This document shows, in pieces, positions 18,233-28,164 of a stretch of DNA of 64,000 bases (positions are counted from its first letter, which is position 1; the number at the start of each line of letters is the position of its first letter). Origin of the DNA: an uncultured Methanosarcinales archaeon. Lineage in GTDB: Archaea; Nanobdellota; Nanobdellia; Woesearchaeales; DSVV01. Under the pieces are notes generated by a model. The model was not told the DNA's origin and did no database searches. It was given only the letters and a program-made list of their open reading frames with translations. A program made the translations under genes and the position numbers. The stretch is from positions 9,930 through 73,929 of the forward strand of contig CAZKVI010000002.1 of assembly GCA_964556185.1 (NCBI GenBank), in the 5' to 3' direction.

Positions 18233-20815
18233 GTGTTGAAGTTGTCTAATGAAGAAAAATGGCTTACTTGGCTCTATGCTAATTCAAGTCCTGGTGGATC
18301 TGTACCTTTCCTGACTTTAGAGATATTTAGACGATCTGCTTTATCAGGTCATGATATGGAAAGAGAGTTTGGTAGACCAGTTGGAATGTTACATCGTTGG
18401 TCAAATGGAAGATCATGGAAATATTTTCTAAGAGAAGATGTAGAAGCAGTAGGAAGAGTTTTTTTAGAAAGAATAATAGAAGATCCTGAATTTCTAGAAC
18501 TTCATTATACTGAAGCAGAAAGACGAGTTAATGTTCTAAGACAATCTTCAATGAGGTTTGCTCAAATTGATTTTAGTGGAGCAAATGAGGTTGGTTTTAG
18601 GGGCGCATATTCAATTGTTGCAAATAATTATTGGTCATTGGGTTTTTATGGTGTTATGCCAATTTTATTTGGAGGATTTATTTTAGAACCAGAAATTAAT
18701 AAGTATCTTTTGTCATTGGGTTTAGATTCTGAGAAATTTGAAGATGTTTTAGCTACATTTACAAAACCAAGGGTTCCAACCCCATTGCATCATTGGGAAA
18801 CAAGTTTAGATGAATTGGTTTTTGATATTAAAGCAAGTCCTACACTTAGGACTACTTTTGATGGATCTCCAAGTGAAATATTGAGAGGTATTGAAGGAAG
18901 TGAATTCTATAATAAACTTGAAGAGCACATAAAAGAATTTCAATGGGTTTTCTATAAATGGACAGGTCCAATAAGAGATACTGAGTTTTTTGTAAGTGAA
19001 ATTAAAAGAAGATTAACTACGAAAACATCACAAGCAGAGTCTGACTTAGATGCGATTCTTGCAAAAGAAGAAAGATTAATTAGTGAGTTAGGTATTGATG
19101 AAACACATAGAAGATATTTAGGATCATTAAGGACTTTAGTAGAGATGAAAAATCTCAAAGCAGAAGGAATGTCTTATGGTGCTTATTGTCTTCATCCATT
19201 TAGAACTGAGTTGTGTGCACGTTACGGAATAAGACCAGAAGATACAAGATATTTGTTAGAAGAAGATATTCATAGATTATTAGTTAAAGGAGATTTAGAT
19301 TTAGAAAAACATAGAGCTAGAAAAGATGAGTTTTTATGGGTTGTTGAGAATTGTAGAGAAAGAATGTATGTTGGTAGTGAAGTTGAAGATATAAGAGCAA
19401 GAGAAGAGCCAAAACACGAAACAAACTTTCTTGGAACTGTAGCATACCCAGGAGAAGCAGTTGGTACTGCTAGAGTTGTTGTAGATTATGAAACTTATAA
19501 TGGTTTATTTAGTAAAGGAGATATTTTAGTTGCACCAAGAACAACAGATAGTTATTTTCCTTTATTTCCATTAGCAGGCGCAATTATAACTTCTGAAGGA
19601 GGTTTAACATCTCATGCAGCAACTATTGCAAGAGAATATAAAATACCAACAATTATTGGAGTAACTGGAATACATACAAGACTTCCAGACAATGCTATAC
19701 TTAATGTATGTGCAGATCCATCTAATTTAGAAGGAGGATCTATTGATAGAATTGTTACTGGTCCTATTAGAAAACACACAACAAGAAAATTTCCTGAAGA
19801 ACAAAGAAGAACAAGAATAAATAGACAACCAATGGATAGGGTAGGAGGTCCAGAAATAGTGAATTTTACAGATGTGATGTATGGAGAACCAAATAGATCA
19901 TTACTAGGCACAAAAGCAACTAATCAGATATTGTGTTGTCGTATGCTTAATGTCCCAGATGGGTTTGTTGTTACAACTGTTTTGTATCGGAAGTTTCTTG
20001 AAGAATCAAGTTTAATGAGTAAAATAAGAGAATTACCAGATAGATTAGAAAGAATCGGAACAGATCCTCGAGATATTAGGAGGTTATCAGCAGAATATAG
20101 GCATGCAATTCTTGATACAGATGTTCATGGTTTATTTGACCCGGTTTTTCATGCTTATAAGGAATTAGGAAGTCCTAGTACTGCAACAAGATCAAGTGCA
20201 CTTTATGAAGATATGGTAAGAAGAGAAGGAGAACAAGGAAGATCTTTTGCAGGAATATTTGATACTTTTACGAATTTACGAGATAGAAGAGAAATTGTTT
20301 CTGGGATTAAAAGATGTTGGGCTTCTTTATTTTCACCAAGAGCACTTTCTTATACTATAACTACTGGTTTAGATCCATCAAGTAATCAAATGGCTGTTCT
20401 TATACAAGAAATGTTGAATGGTGTTAGTTCAGGAGTTATGTATACAGATGTTGATGGACATATTTTAATTGAAGCATGTGAAGGATTATGTGAACCATTA
20501 GTTGCAGGAGAAATAACTCCAACAACTTATGTTTTAGACCAGGATTCTTTATATGTTGCTCATGTTGTTCCAAGTAATCAAAGTTTTGCAAGTTATATTA
20601 ATGCAGACGGGGTTCTTGATAGAAGAGATCCATCAAGACCAAAGGTTTTAAGTCCAAAAGAGTTATTTGAATTAGGAAAGATTGCTAGTAAAATAAGAAA
20701 TTATTTTGGTCCTCGTCAAGATATTGAATTTACTATTGCTGGAAATATTATTCATGTAACGCAAAATAGAGATATTACAACAGAAGTATATTTACCTGCA
20801 GGTGTAGCAAGATGA
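18233..20815 (+). CDS. permuted PEP-synthase-like dikinase homolog: helical N-domain + swivel phosphohistidine domain + C-terminal PpsA-type ATP-grasp (PPDK_N) domain
   Basis: Mid-protein 'AYPGEAVGTARVV...IITSEGGLTSHAATIAREYKIPTIIGVTG' is the swivel His domain. C-terminal 'GTKATNQ...VPDGFVVTT...SSALYEDM...SFAGIFDTFTNL...IKRCWASLFSPRALSYTI...MAVLIQEML...GVMYT' matches the ATP-grasp nucleotide-binding domain that is N-terminal in PpsA. GTG start at 18233; first in-frame ATG is ~40 codons in. No PEP-binding TIM-barrel. Confidence 0.65.
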   Translation: MLKLSNEEKWLTWLYANSSPGGSVPFLTLEIFRRSALSGHDMEREFGRPVGMLHRWSNGRSWKYFLREDVEAVGRVFLERIIEDPEFLELHYTEAERRVNVLRQSSMRFAQIDFSGANEVGFRGAYSIVANNYWSLGFYGVMPILFGGFILEPEINKYLLSLGLDSEKFEDVLATFTKPRVPTPLHHWETSLDELVFDIKASPTLRTTFDGSPSEILRGIEGSEFYNKLEEHIKEFQWVFYKWTGPIRDTEFFVSEIKRRLTTKTSQAESDLDAILAKEERLISELGIDETHRRYLGSLRTLVEMKNLKAEGMSYGAYCLHPFRTELCARYGIRPEDTRYLLEEDIHRLLVKGDLDLEKHRARKDEFLWVVENCRERMYVGSEVEDIRAREEPKHETNFLGTVAYPGEAVGTARVVVDYETYNGLFSKGDILVAPRTTDSYFPLFPLAGAIITSEGGLTSHAATIAREYKIPTIIGVTGIHTRLPDNAILNVCADPSNLEGGSIDRIVTGPIRKHTTRKFPEEQRRTRINRQPMDRVGGPEIVNFTDVMYGEPNRSLLGTKATNQILCCRMLNVPDGFVVTTVLYRKFLEESSLMSKIRELPDRLERIGTDPRDIRRLSAEYRHAILDTDVHGLFDPVFHAYKELGSPSTATRSSALYEDMVRREGEQGRSFAGIFDTFTNLRDRREIVSGIKRCWASLFSPRALSYTITTGLDPSSNQMAVLIQEMLNGVSSGVMYTDVDGHILIEACEGLCEPLVAGEITPTTYVLDQDSLYVAHVVPSNQSFASYINADGVLDRRDPSRPKVLSPKELFELGKIASKIRNYFGPRQDIEFTIAGNIIHVTQNRDITTEVYLPAGVAR

Positions 20816-22293
20816 GATGGAAATATGTTTTACATAGGGATATGAGTGTATTATTTGAGTCTCTTGTACAGAGAGGTATAAGAGATTATACAGCAGAAGT
20901 TTTGGGACTAGATGGTGTTGTTTTAAGTGGTCGTAAAATAGATCATGGAGATATTTATCATGATGAAAGAGAATTAGAACAACTTAGATTAAAAGTTAGA
21001 GCTAAAGTAGATCAAGGAAACTATTTAGAAGAACTTGTTATAGCTTGTGAAAAGGAATGTGAAGAACTAGTTGCTTTTAGTAAAGGAGACAAGGTTGGAA
21101 GTGATGCAGTAGTTCTTGGAGCTTACTTTGATAAAGTTTGTAGAGTTATGCCTTTCTTACCTGTGTTTCCTGTTGTTGTTGAGGGAATTGTTGCTGAACA
21201 AATGGGTCAAATATTATCAAAATATGCAACACCTGAACATCCTGTTAGAGAACTTAGAGAAACTTTTAGTACTCCTCATATGAAGTTTGCAGTACAAAAA
21301 GAACAAGAGTCATTATATAGAATTGCAGGAGCTATACAAAATTCTAGGGAATTAACTAAGTTATTTCAAGAAAAACAAGGTCAAGAATTGTTTGAAGCAT
21401 TAGGTGAAACTTGGTTAGCTACATATTTACAAAATTATGTTGATAGGTATGCTTGGATTGAAACAAGACATTTTAAAGGAGAATTATGGACACCAGAAAT
21501 TGTAATTAATAGAATTAAAGGAGTTCTTAATGAAGATTGTATGGGTAGATATAGGGTATTACTTTCATCATGGGGAGTATCTCAAAGAAGGATTGTAGAA
21601 TTATATGGTGAATTGGGTTTTTTAAGAGAAGATAAAAAAAGAATAGATACATTACGTAAATTAATTTTATTAAAAACACAAAGAAAGGATGCAATTAATC
21701 GAGCAGCTTATCATATGCATCCGGTGTTTTCTAAAGTAGCAGATGCTAGTGGTTTAGAAGTAAGTGATTTGGTTTATTTAGAACCCCATGAATTTGTTTC
21801 TCTTGCACAAGATCCTTCTTTGGTAGAAGATTATCAAAAAAACATTGAAGCTAGGAAACAAGGTTTTGCTTTAATAATGTATGACGGAGATATTAGATTA
21901 TTTGAAGATTATGAAAATGAAGTAGAAACTCCAATGGTTTATTCTGGAGAAGATGAAGTTAGGGGACAGAGGGCTTATCCAGGAGAAGTTACTGGATTAG
22001 CAAGAGTTGTTAGAAATCAATCTCAAGTTGCTTCTTTATCTGGAGCAGATTTAATGGTTTGTATGAATATCCATCCAGATTATGTAGTTGAATTAAGAAG
22101 AATTAGTGAAGAAGGTGCTTGGCAAGGTGGCATTATAACAGATGAAGGAGGAATTGCAAGTCATGCTTCTCAATTATCAAGAGAATTTGGATTGCCATGT
22201 ATTATAGGAACAGGTAATGCAACTAGTGTTTTTCAAACAGGAGATAATGCATATCTTAATGCTACAGAAGGTTATGCAAGAAAGTTGGATTAG
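20812..22293 (+). CDS. PEP-utilising swivel (phosphohistidine) domain protein, paralog of 8362 and 18233, no ATP-grasp
   Basis: C-terminal 'RAYPGEVTGLARVV...IITDEGGIASHASQLSREFGLPCIIGTG'. The region upstream of the swivel domain aligns with the other two paralogs. It overlaps 18233-20815 by 4 nt. Confidence 0.6.
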   Translation: MRWKYVLHRDMSVLFESLVQRGIRDYTAEVLGLDGVVLSGRKIDHGDIYHDERELEQLRLKVRAKVDQGNYLEELVIACEKECEELVAFSKGDKVGSDAVVLGAYFDKVCRVMPFLPVFPVVVEGIVAEQMGQILSKYATPEHPVRELRETFSTPHMKFAVQKEQESLYRIAGAIQNSRELTKLFQEKQGQELFEALGETWLATYLQNYVDRYAWIETRHFKGELWTPEIVINRIKGVLNEDCMGRYRVLLSSWGVSQRRIVELYGELGFLREDKKRIDTLRKLILLKTQRKDAINRAAYHMHPVFSKVADASGLEVSDLVYLEPHEFVSLAQDPSLVEDYQKNIEARKQGFALIMYDGDIRLFEDYENEVETPMVYSGEDEVRGQRAYPGEVTGLARVVRNQSQVASLSGADLMVCMNIHPDYVVELRRISEEGAWQGGIITDEGGIASHASQLSREFGLPCIIGTGNATSVFQTGDNAYLNATEGYARKLD

Positions 22294-22354
22294 CCAGTAT
22301 ACAAATCCCTATACTAATTCTTGGTTAATTACTACTTTTATATAGTGAAATAGA

Positions 22355-22367
22355 AAGACTTATATAC
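22355..22367 (+). promoter_or_regulatory. archaeal BRE/TATA promoter ('aaagacTTATATA')
   Basis: Purine-rich BRE plus TATA box ending 22 nt before the ATG at 22390. The same 13-mer recurs upstream of 24576 and 25454. Confidence 0.45.
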
Positions 22368-22389
22368 TAGTACATTCCTCAGATTATGT

Positions 22390-23463
22390 ATGAATCTAGT
22401 ACAAAGATTAGCAAATTCTGTACCTAGAAGAGTTAGAGTAGCTGCAGCAGTACTACCTACAGCTATAATGGCTTATTTTGGTATTGGTTGTACAGAACCT
22501 GATAATGATGTTTCAGATACAGATACTGCAGCAGATCATGCAACTGAAGATGGTTCAATATTATTTCATGCTAGTCCTGCAAAAGGTGAACCAAGACAAA
22601 TATATAGATTAGATTTGGATTCTTATGAACTTTCACAAGTAACTGATTTTCCAGAATTTGGTGCTTCTCATCCAATCTGGTCTCCTGATGGAAGTTATAT
22701 TGTAGTTTCAAAACAAAATGGAAATAATGGAAGAGGAAGTAGACATCATAGACCTTATTTAATGGCACCAGATGGTTCTGCTCAAGCAGCTATTGAAACA
22801 GGAGCTGAAGGTGATGAAGAAGATAAGTTTGCACAAGTAACTGAAGATGGTACACTTGTTTATGCAACACTAAGACCTTTTGGTTGTGATGATGAAGGGT
22901 GTACAGCTGGTCAAGTAATGACAGCTGATTTAGATGATGTTTTAGGAACAGAAAGAGCAGTAGCTGGAGAACAATATGGAGAAGGTGCATGGGCTGTTAA
23001 TGTTTCGCCTGATGGACAAAAAATATCATATGTAAAAAAGATTTATGGTCAAGATAAAGCTGAACATGATGTTTATGTAGCAAATATTGATGGAACTAAT
23101 GAACAAAGACTTACTAATATGGGACGTATTAGTTATTCAGGAGCTGAATGGTCTCCTGATGGAAAAAGATTAGTATTTTCCTCAGCAGCTGATACAGGTG
23201 GAGAAAATCATGAACTCTACATTGTTGATGCAGATGGAAATAATCTTACACAAGTTCTTAATCCAGAATTAGCAGGTCATGATTGTGTTGATCCTGTTTT
23301 TACAAATAATGGTGAAATTGTTTTTGTTGATAGACTTAGTGGACCAAATAGACAATTAGCTATTGTTGGTGAAGATGGTCTTGGTTTAGAATACTTAACA
23401 GAAGAAGAAGACTTTCATGCATTAGGTGCTCCTGATTATGGTGTTCAAGGTCCAGTTGAATAA
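22390..23463 (+). CDS. TolB-like WD40/beta-propeller protein with N-terminal signal/TM
   Basis: Repeated 'SPDG(S/Q/K)' blades: 'WSPDGSYIVVS', 'VSPDGQKISYV' and 'WSPDGKRLVFSS'. N-terminal hydrophobic segment. A/G/D-rich, K-poor. Confidence 0.6.
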   Translation: MNLVQRLANSVPRRVRVAAAVLPTAIMAYFGIGCTEPDNDVSDTDTAADHATEDGSILFHASPAKGEPRQIYRLDLDSYELSQVTDFPEFGASHPIWSPDGSYIVVSKQNGNNGRGSRHHRPYLMAPDGSAQAAIETGAEGDEEDKFAQVTEDGTLVYATLRPFGCDDEGCTAGQVMTADLDDVLGTERAVAGEQYGEGAWAVNVSPDGQKISYVKKIYGQDKAEHDVYVANIDGTNEQRLTNMGRISYSGAEWSPDGKRLVFSSAADTGGENHELYIVDADGNNLTQVLNPELAGHDCVDPVFTNNGEIVFVDRLSGPNRQLAIVGEDGLGLEYLTEEEDFHALGAPDYGVQGPVE

Positions 23464-23469
23464 ATTCTT

Positions 23470-24435
23470 TTACAATTCTTTAGAATATTCATCCATATCT
23501 TTCTCAGATTTCATTACTTTTCCCTTTCCAGCTTTTGCTTGCTTCATACTTTTCTTTACTCCTTTGATAAGCTTCTTATCTAAGTGTAAATAATTCTCCT
23601 CAGAAACTACAGACTTTCCTGTCTTTTGTTCTAGTTCTTCTCTTGTATGTTTCGCTATGCTTCCACCATCTTTTGCAGAATTTTTACATTCTTTAAATCC
23701 TCTAGAATCTTTTGCAGTAGTAATATCAGTAGTAGCTTTCTCACCAATCATTGTAAGGATTAATTCCCAATCATTCATATGATCTCTTAAGTTTTGATTT
23801 TTCTTTTGTAATCCTTTGAATTTTTTATGTTCTTGTGTAGTTTTTCCAAATGTTGCATTACTTATTTCATTTGTTAAGATTGCAAACTCTTTGCCTTCTT
23901 CTACATCCCTTTGTCTCCATTCATCTGTAAGTTCTTGTCTTATAGCAATTCCTCTCAAGCGTTTATCAATCCACTCTTTTGGATAACCTTTAAGTTCATA
24001 ATATTTCTTGACTCTATCTTGAGCAATTTCTGGGTTTTCAATCTCTTCGATTCTTTCATATCCTACTTGAGCCAACCATTTTTTGAATGGTTCAGCTTTT
24101 TTAGAAGGTATTGATTGAATTATCCTAAACATAGATTTTGTATCTGCACAGTCTGTAGCATAATATTTACCATCTGAAGCAGGTAATTTCAGTTGTACCC
24201 AGATTGGGGACAACTGGAGTTGTTCAAATTCTCTATCTTTCACTTTACCCCAATACTGTCTAGGAGTTGGGCTTTCTGTTAATGCTTGAACTACATCAAC
24301 TATTGAAAAATACCATTTATTATTATGCCAGATTCTTCTGATTTTCTTATCTTGAAATACAATCAAAGTTTTCGTTTTGGAACGAAAACTAAGTTGCTTG
24401 TCAGCAACCAAAGATTTAGATTCCTTAGACTCCAT
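23470..24435 (-). CDS. BRO-N domain protein (phage antirepressor / DinD-like)
   Basis: N-terminal 'KIRRIWHNNKWYFSIVDVVQALTES' is the BRO-N signature. The charged C-terminal region resembles viral/prophage BRO-family proteins. Confidence 0.55.
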   Translation of the reverse strand: MESKESKSLVADKQLSFRSKTKTLIVFQDKKIRRIWHNNKWYFSIVDVVQALTESPTPRQYWGKVKDREFEQLQLSPIWVQLKLPASDGKYYATDCADTKSMFRIIQSIPSKKAEPFKKWLAQVGYERIEEIENPEIAQDRVKKYYELKGYPKEWIDKRLRGIAIRQELTDEWRQRDVEEGKEFAILTNEISNATFGKTTQEHKKFKGLQKKNQNLRDHMNDWELILTMIGEKATTDITTAKDSRGFKECKNSAKDGGSIAKHTREELEQKTGKSVVSEENYLHLDKKLIKGVKKSMKQAKAGKGKVMKSEKDMDEYSKEL

Positions 24436-24540
24436 AAATCAGCCAAATAAGAGCTTATATACATGTATTACGCTTTCTTGCTAAAATATTTCAAGTAATG
24501 CTAATTGCTTATTTAATTACTATTTAGTACTAAAAAACCA

Positions 24541-24553
24541 AAAGACTTATATA
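24541..24553 (+). promoter_or_regulatory. archaeal BRE/TATA promoter ('aaagacTTATATA')
   Basis: Identical 13-mer to 22355-22367, with the TATA ending 22 nt before the ATG at 24576. Confidence 0.45.
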
Positions 24554-24575
24554 TTATCTCTTTTTCAGATTTTCT

Positions 24576-25376
24576 ATGAATTGGTTAGCTAAAGCTTTGA
24601 TATATACATATACTGCACTTACAATAGGTTTAGGTAGTGGTTGCGATACAATAAAGAGTAGACCAGATTTAGCATCTAATTCAGATGGTATTGAAGAAAT
24701 ACTTTCTGAAGAAAAGCAAGGGGCTTCTGAAGTAGAAGATAAGAAATATGCTGTTTTGCTCATTGATTCGGAATTTGATGGGAGTGACTCTTTTGATCAA
24801 TCAATTCATCGAAAATATGAGAAACCTCTTCTTTATAATTTAAAAGCAGAGCTTCCAAATATGGCAGCTGTTCTACAACAAGCAAATTCTTTGGATATGC
24901 CTGTGTTTGATATAAATTTTGAAGATGTTGTATACAGTGGACACAGAGATGAATCTACAACAACTAAGGAATTAGCAAAATATAGAGAAGATAATTGGAT
25001 TTCTCTAAAAAAACCCGAGTCAGATGCTTTTAATGATACTAACTTAAATAAACAATTACAAGAACTGGGTGTCACTGATTTGATTTTAATGGGAATTTAT
25101 CAAAATGCTTGTGTAAAAGCCACTGCACAAACAGCAGTGGATTTAGGGTATTCTGTACATACAAGTTTTGATGTTATGCAGGGACTTATTTTAGGAGATT
25201 GTGAACTATTTTTTAATGGTGTTTCACATGGAATTCAAAGTTATTGTGCTGATCATCCTTTTTATAATGTAACATCAGAGCCAGTTGAATCTGGAATTGA
25301 AGAGTTAAGAATATTCTATGGGGACAATACAAATTTAGTTCAAGATTATACTGATTTACCAATTTTTGATAGTTGA
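24576..25376 (+). CDS. isochorismatase-family (cysteine hydrolase) lipoprotein
   Basis: Lipobox-like 'LGSGCD' after a signal peptide. 'DLILMGIYQNACVKATAQTAVDLGYSV' matches the isochorismatase catalytic Cys region. Confidence 0.5.
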   Translation: MNWLAKALIYTYTALTIGLGSGCDTIKSRPDLASNSDGIEEILSEEKQGASEVEDKKYAVLLIDSEFDGSDSFDQSIHRKYEKPLLYNLKAELPNMAAVLQQANSLDMPVFDINFEDVVYSGHRDESTTTKELAKYREDNWISLKKPESDAFNDTNLNKQLQELGVTDLILMGIYQNACVKATAQTAVDLGYSVHTSFDVMQGLILGDCELFFNGVSHGIQSYCADHPFYNVTSEPVESGIEELRIFYGDNTNLVQDYTDLPIFDS

Positions 25377-25416
25377 TTTTTCCTAATTTCCATTACCTAT
25401 TTATAAATAACCCCCC

Positions 25417-25431
25417 AAAGACTTTTATATA
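25417..25431 (+). promoter_or_regulatory. archaeal BRE/TATA promoter ('aaagacTTTTATATA')
   Basis: TATA ends 22 nt before the topA ATG at 25454. Confidence 0.45.
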
Positions 25432-25453
25432 ACTTGTTTATTAATGGTTTTTC

Positions 25454-27706
25454 ATGTCTTATGAATTAATTATTACAGAAAAGCCAAATGCAGCTAAAAA
25501 AATAGCAGATGCACTAGCTGATGGTAAGGCAATTAAGAACGCAATTAATGGTGTTCCATACTATCAAGTTACTCATGGAGATAAAGATATTGTAGTTGGA
25601 TCTGCAGTTGGTCATCTATATTCTTTAACTGAAAAAGATAAAGGAAAATGGACTTATCCTGTGTTTAATGTTGAATGGAAACCAACTTCACAAGTGCAAA
25701 AGTCTGCAAAGTTCTCTTCAAAGTATGTAACTGCATTAAAAAAACTATGTAAGGATGCAGATTCCTTTTTAGTAGCTACTGATTTTGATATTGAAGGAGA
25801 AGTTATTGGTTATAATGTTTTAAGATTTGCTTGCAAGAAAAAAGATGCAAGAAGAATGAAATTCTCCACATTAACAAAAGATGAATTAAGAAAAAGTTAT
25901 GCAAATGCAAGACCAACATTAGAATGGGGCCAAGTTAATGCCGGATTAACAAGACATGAATTAGATTGGGATTATGGTATTAATTTATCAAGAGCATTAA
26001 CATTATCAATAAAAGCAGCTGGATCATTCAAAGTTTTAAGTTCTGGAAGAGTACAAGGTCCTGCTTTGAAGATTATCGTCGACAGAGAAAAAGAAATTGC
26101 AGCATTTAAACCAGAACCATTTTGGGAAATTGAATTACAAGGAGAAGTAACTAAAGAAGATATAGTTGCTATGCATAAAAAAGGTAAAATATTTGATAAA
26201 GAAGAAGCTTCTAAAATAGTTGAGAATACTAATGGTAAGAATGGAAAAGTTGTTGATGTAAAAAAGAAAGAGTTCAAACAACAAGCTCCACATCCATTTG
26301 ATTTAACAACATTACAAATAGAATCTTTTAGAGTTCATAGAATACAACCAAAAGCTACATTAGAAATTGCACAAGATTTATACACATCTGGTTATATTTC
26401 ATATCCAAGAACTTCTTCTCAACAATTGCCAGAATCTATTGAATATAAAAAAGTTTTAACAGCTTTAGCAAAACAAACTAATTATTCAGAATTAGCTAGT
26501 GAATTATTAGGTAAGAAATCATTAAAACCAAGAAATGGTAAGAAAACAGATCCAGCACATCCTGCTATTTATCCAACAGGTAATAAACCAGCTGGAAATG
26601 TCGAAGGAACTAAAATAAAAGTTTATGATTTAATTGTAAAAAGGTTTATGGCTACTTTTTGTGAAGCTGCAACTAGAGAAACTAATACAATTGATATTGA
26701 TATTAATAAAGAATTATTTATTGCAAAAGGTACAAGAACAATAGACAAAGGTTGGCATAAATTCTATGCTCCTTATGTAAGATTAGAAGAACAAGAATTA
26801 CCAAAAGTTGAAGTTGGTACTTCTGTAATTAATAAGAAGATAATAAAGCATGACAAAGAAACACAACCACCAAAAAGATATTCACAAGCTTCAATTATTA
26901 AGGAACTTGAAAAGCGTGGTTTAGGTACAAAAGCTACTCGTGCTACTATTGTAGAGACACTTTATTTTAGAAATTATATTGACGGTACTCCAATACATGC
27001 AACAGAGTTAGGAATACATACAATTGATACTTTGGCTAAGTATTGTCCTAGAATTGTCGACGAGGAATTAACAAAACACTTTGAAAACGAAATGGATCAA
27101 ATTCGTCAAGGTAAGAAGAAAAATGAAGAAGTTTTAGCAGAAGCTAAGGAATTATTGATAAAAATATTGACTAATTTTAAGAAACATGAAAAGAAAATTG
27201 GTGAAGGTTTAATTGAGAAGCATCGTGAAGCTCAAACAAAAGCAAATACAGTTGGTCCATGTACAAAATGCTCAGGAACATTAATGATTAAAAGAGGTAA
27301 GTTTGGTTATTTTATAGCTTGCAGTGAATATCCAGATTGTACAGTAACTTTTAAATTACCTTCTAATGCAATGGTAAAAGTAACTGATAAAATATGTGAA
27401 GTATGTAATCATCCAATGGTTCAAGTTATTAAAGCTAAGAAAAGACCACAAATTCTTTGTATAAATCCAATGTGTAAAAGTAAATTTGAAGAAGGCACTG
27501 AAAAAACAGAGAAAGAAATGGAAGCTTTGGAGAAAAAGTGTCCTAAATGTAAAAAAGGTACATTGAAAGTTCGAAGAAGTATTTACGGTGCATTCTTAGG
27601 TTGTGATAACTTTCCTAAATGTAGAAACACTGAAAAGTTCACTGAAGACGGAAGTACTAGCGCAAAGAAAAGTTATGTTAAGAAAAAGAAAGGTAAGAAA
27701 GATTAA
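25454..27706 (+). CDS. topA: DNA topoisomerase I (type IA) with C-terminal zinc ribbons
   Basis: TOPRIM N-terminus 'LIITEKPNAAKKIA', 'YISYPRTSSQ' containing the active-site Tyr, and multiple C-terminal CxxC...CxxC zinc-finger repeats. Confidence 0.9.
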   Translation: MSYELIITEKPNAAKKIADALADGKAIKNAINGVPYYQVTHGDKDIVVGSAVGHLYSLTEKDKGKWTYPVFNVEWKPTSQVQKSAKFSSKYVTALKKLCKDADSFLVATDFDIEGEVIGYNVLRFACKKKDARRMKFSTLTKDELRKSYANARPTLEWGQVNAGLTRHELDWDYGINLSRALTLSIKAAGSFKVLSSGRVQGPALKIIVDREKEIAAFKPEPFWEIELQGEVTKEDIVAMHKKGKIFDKEEASKIVENTNGKNGKVVDVKKKEFKQQAPHPFDLTTLQIESFRVHRIQPKATLEIAQDLYTSGYISYPRTSSQQLPESIEYKKVLTALAKQTNYSELASELLGKKSLKPRNGKKTDPAHPAIYPTGNKPAGNVEGTKIKVYDLIVKRFMATFCEAATRETNTIDIDINKELFIAKGTRTIDKGWHKFYAPYVRLEEQELPKVEVGTSVINKKIIKHDKETQPPKRYSQASIIKELEKRGLGTKATRATIVETLYFRNYIDGTPIHATELGIHTIDTLAKYCPRIVDEELTKHFENEMDQIRQGKKKNEEVLAEAKELLIKILTNFKKHEKKIGEGLIEKHREAQTKANTVGPCTKCSGTLMIKRGKFGYFIACSEYPDCTVTFKLPSNAMVKVTDKICEVCNHPMVQVIKAKKRPQILCINPMCKSKFEEGTEKTEKEMEALEKKCPKCKKGTLKVRRSIYGAFLGCDNFPKCRNTEKFTEDGSTSAKKSYVKKKKGKKD

Positions 27707-28125
27707 GTTTCTCTTAAAAATGCTTCCATGGTAGTTGGTGACATTAATGGATGTGGTTCATCAATGAATGTTGCTTCACTTGGTTTGTAGCCATCTTGTA
27801 TGAAATTTGTATGACCTTTGTATTTTACTATTGCTACTTCACCATTTATTAATCCAAATTCATTATATTCTCCATTATTTTGAACAACTTTTAACTTTTC
27901 ATTATCTATAATATCTATTCCAACTATTGTTTCTTCAGAATTACTAGGGAGCATTTTTCTGTTTATTCCTCTAAAACAATATATTTGTTCATCATCTCTT
28001 TCATAAGTTCCAACATAAGTCATTGGCTTACCCATAAGATGACGATCATGTAGATAAAGAACAGTAATAGTATCACCTACTTTAATATCAGACCCACCTT
28101 CTACCGCAATAGTTTCAACACCCAT
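27703..28125 (-). CDS. hypothetical protein
   Basis: 140-aa ORF. No motif recognised. Confidence 0.35.
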   Translation of the reverse strand: MGVETIAVEGGSDIKVGDTITVLYLHDRHLMGKPMTYVGTYERDDEQIYCFRGINRKMLPSNSEETIVGIDIIDNEKLKVVQNNGEYNEFGLINGEVAIVKYKGHTNFIQDGYKPSEATFIDEPHPLMSPTTMEAFLRET

Positions 28126-28164
28126 AACTTGGCAGGAAAACTGGGTGTTTAAAAATGTTTAGAA

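Noticed and set aside
22571-22990. Two minus-strand Q/L/H-rich ORFs inside the TolB-like gene
   Set aside because: Antisense artefacts of an Asp/Glu/Ala-rich coding region.
23470-25376. Calling a prophage or mobile element around the BRO-N gene
   Set aside because: No integrase, transposase, terminase, capsid or flanking direct repeats or att-like sites were found. A single BRO-N gene is insufficient.
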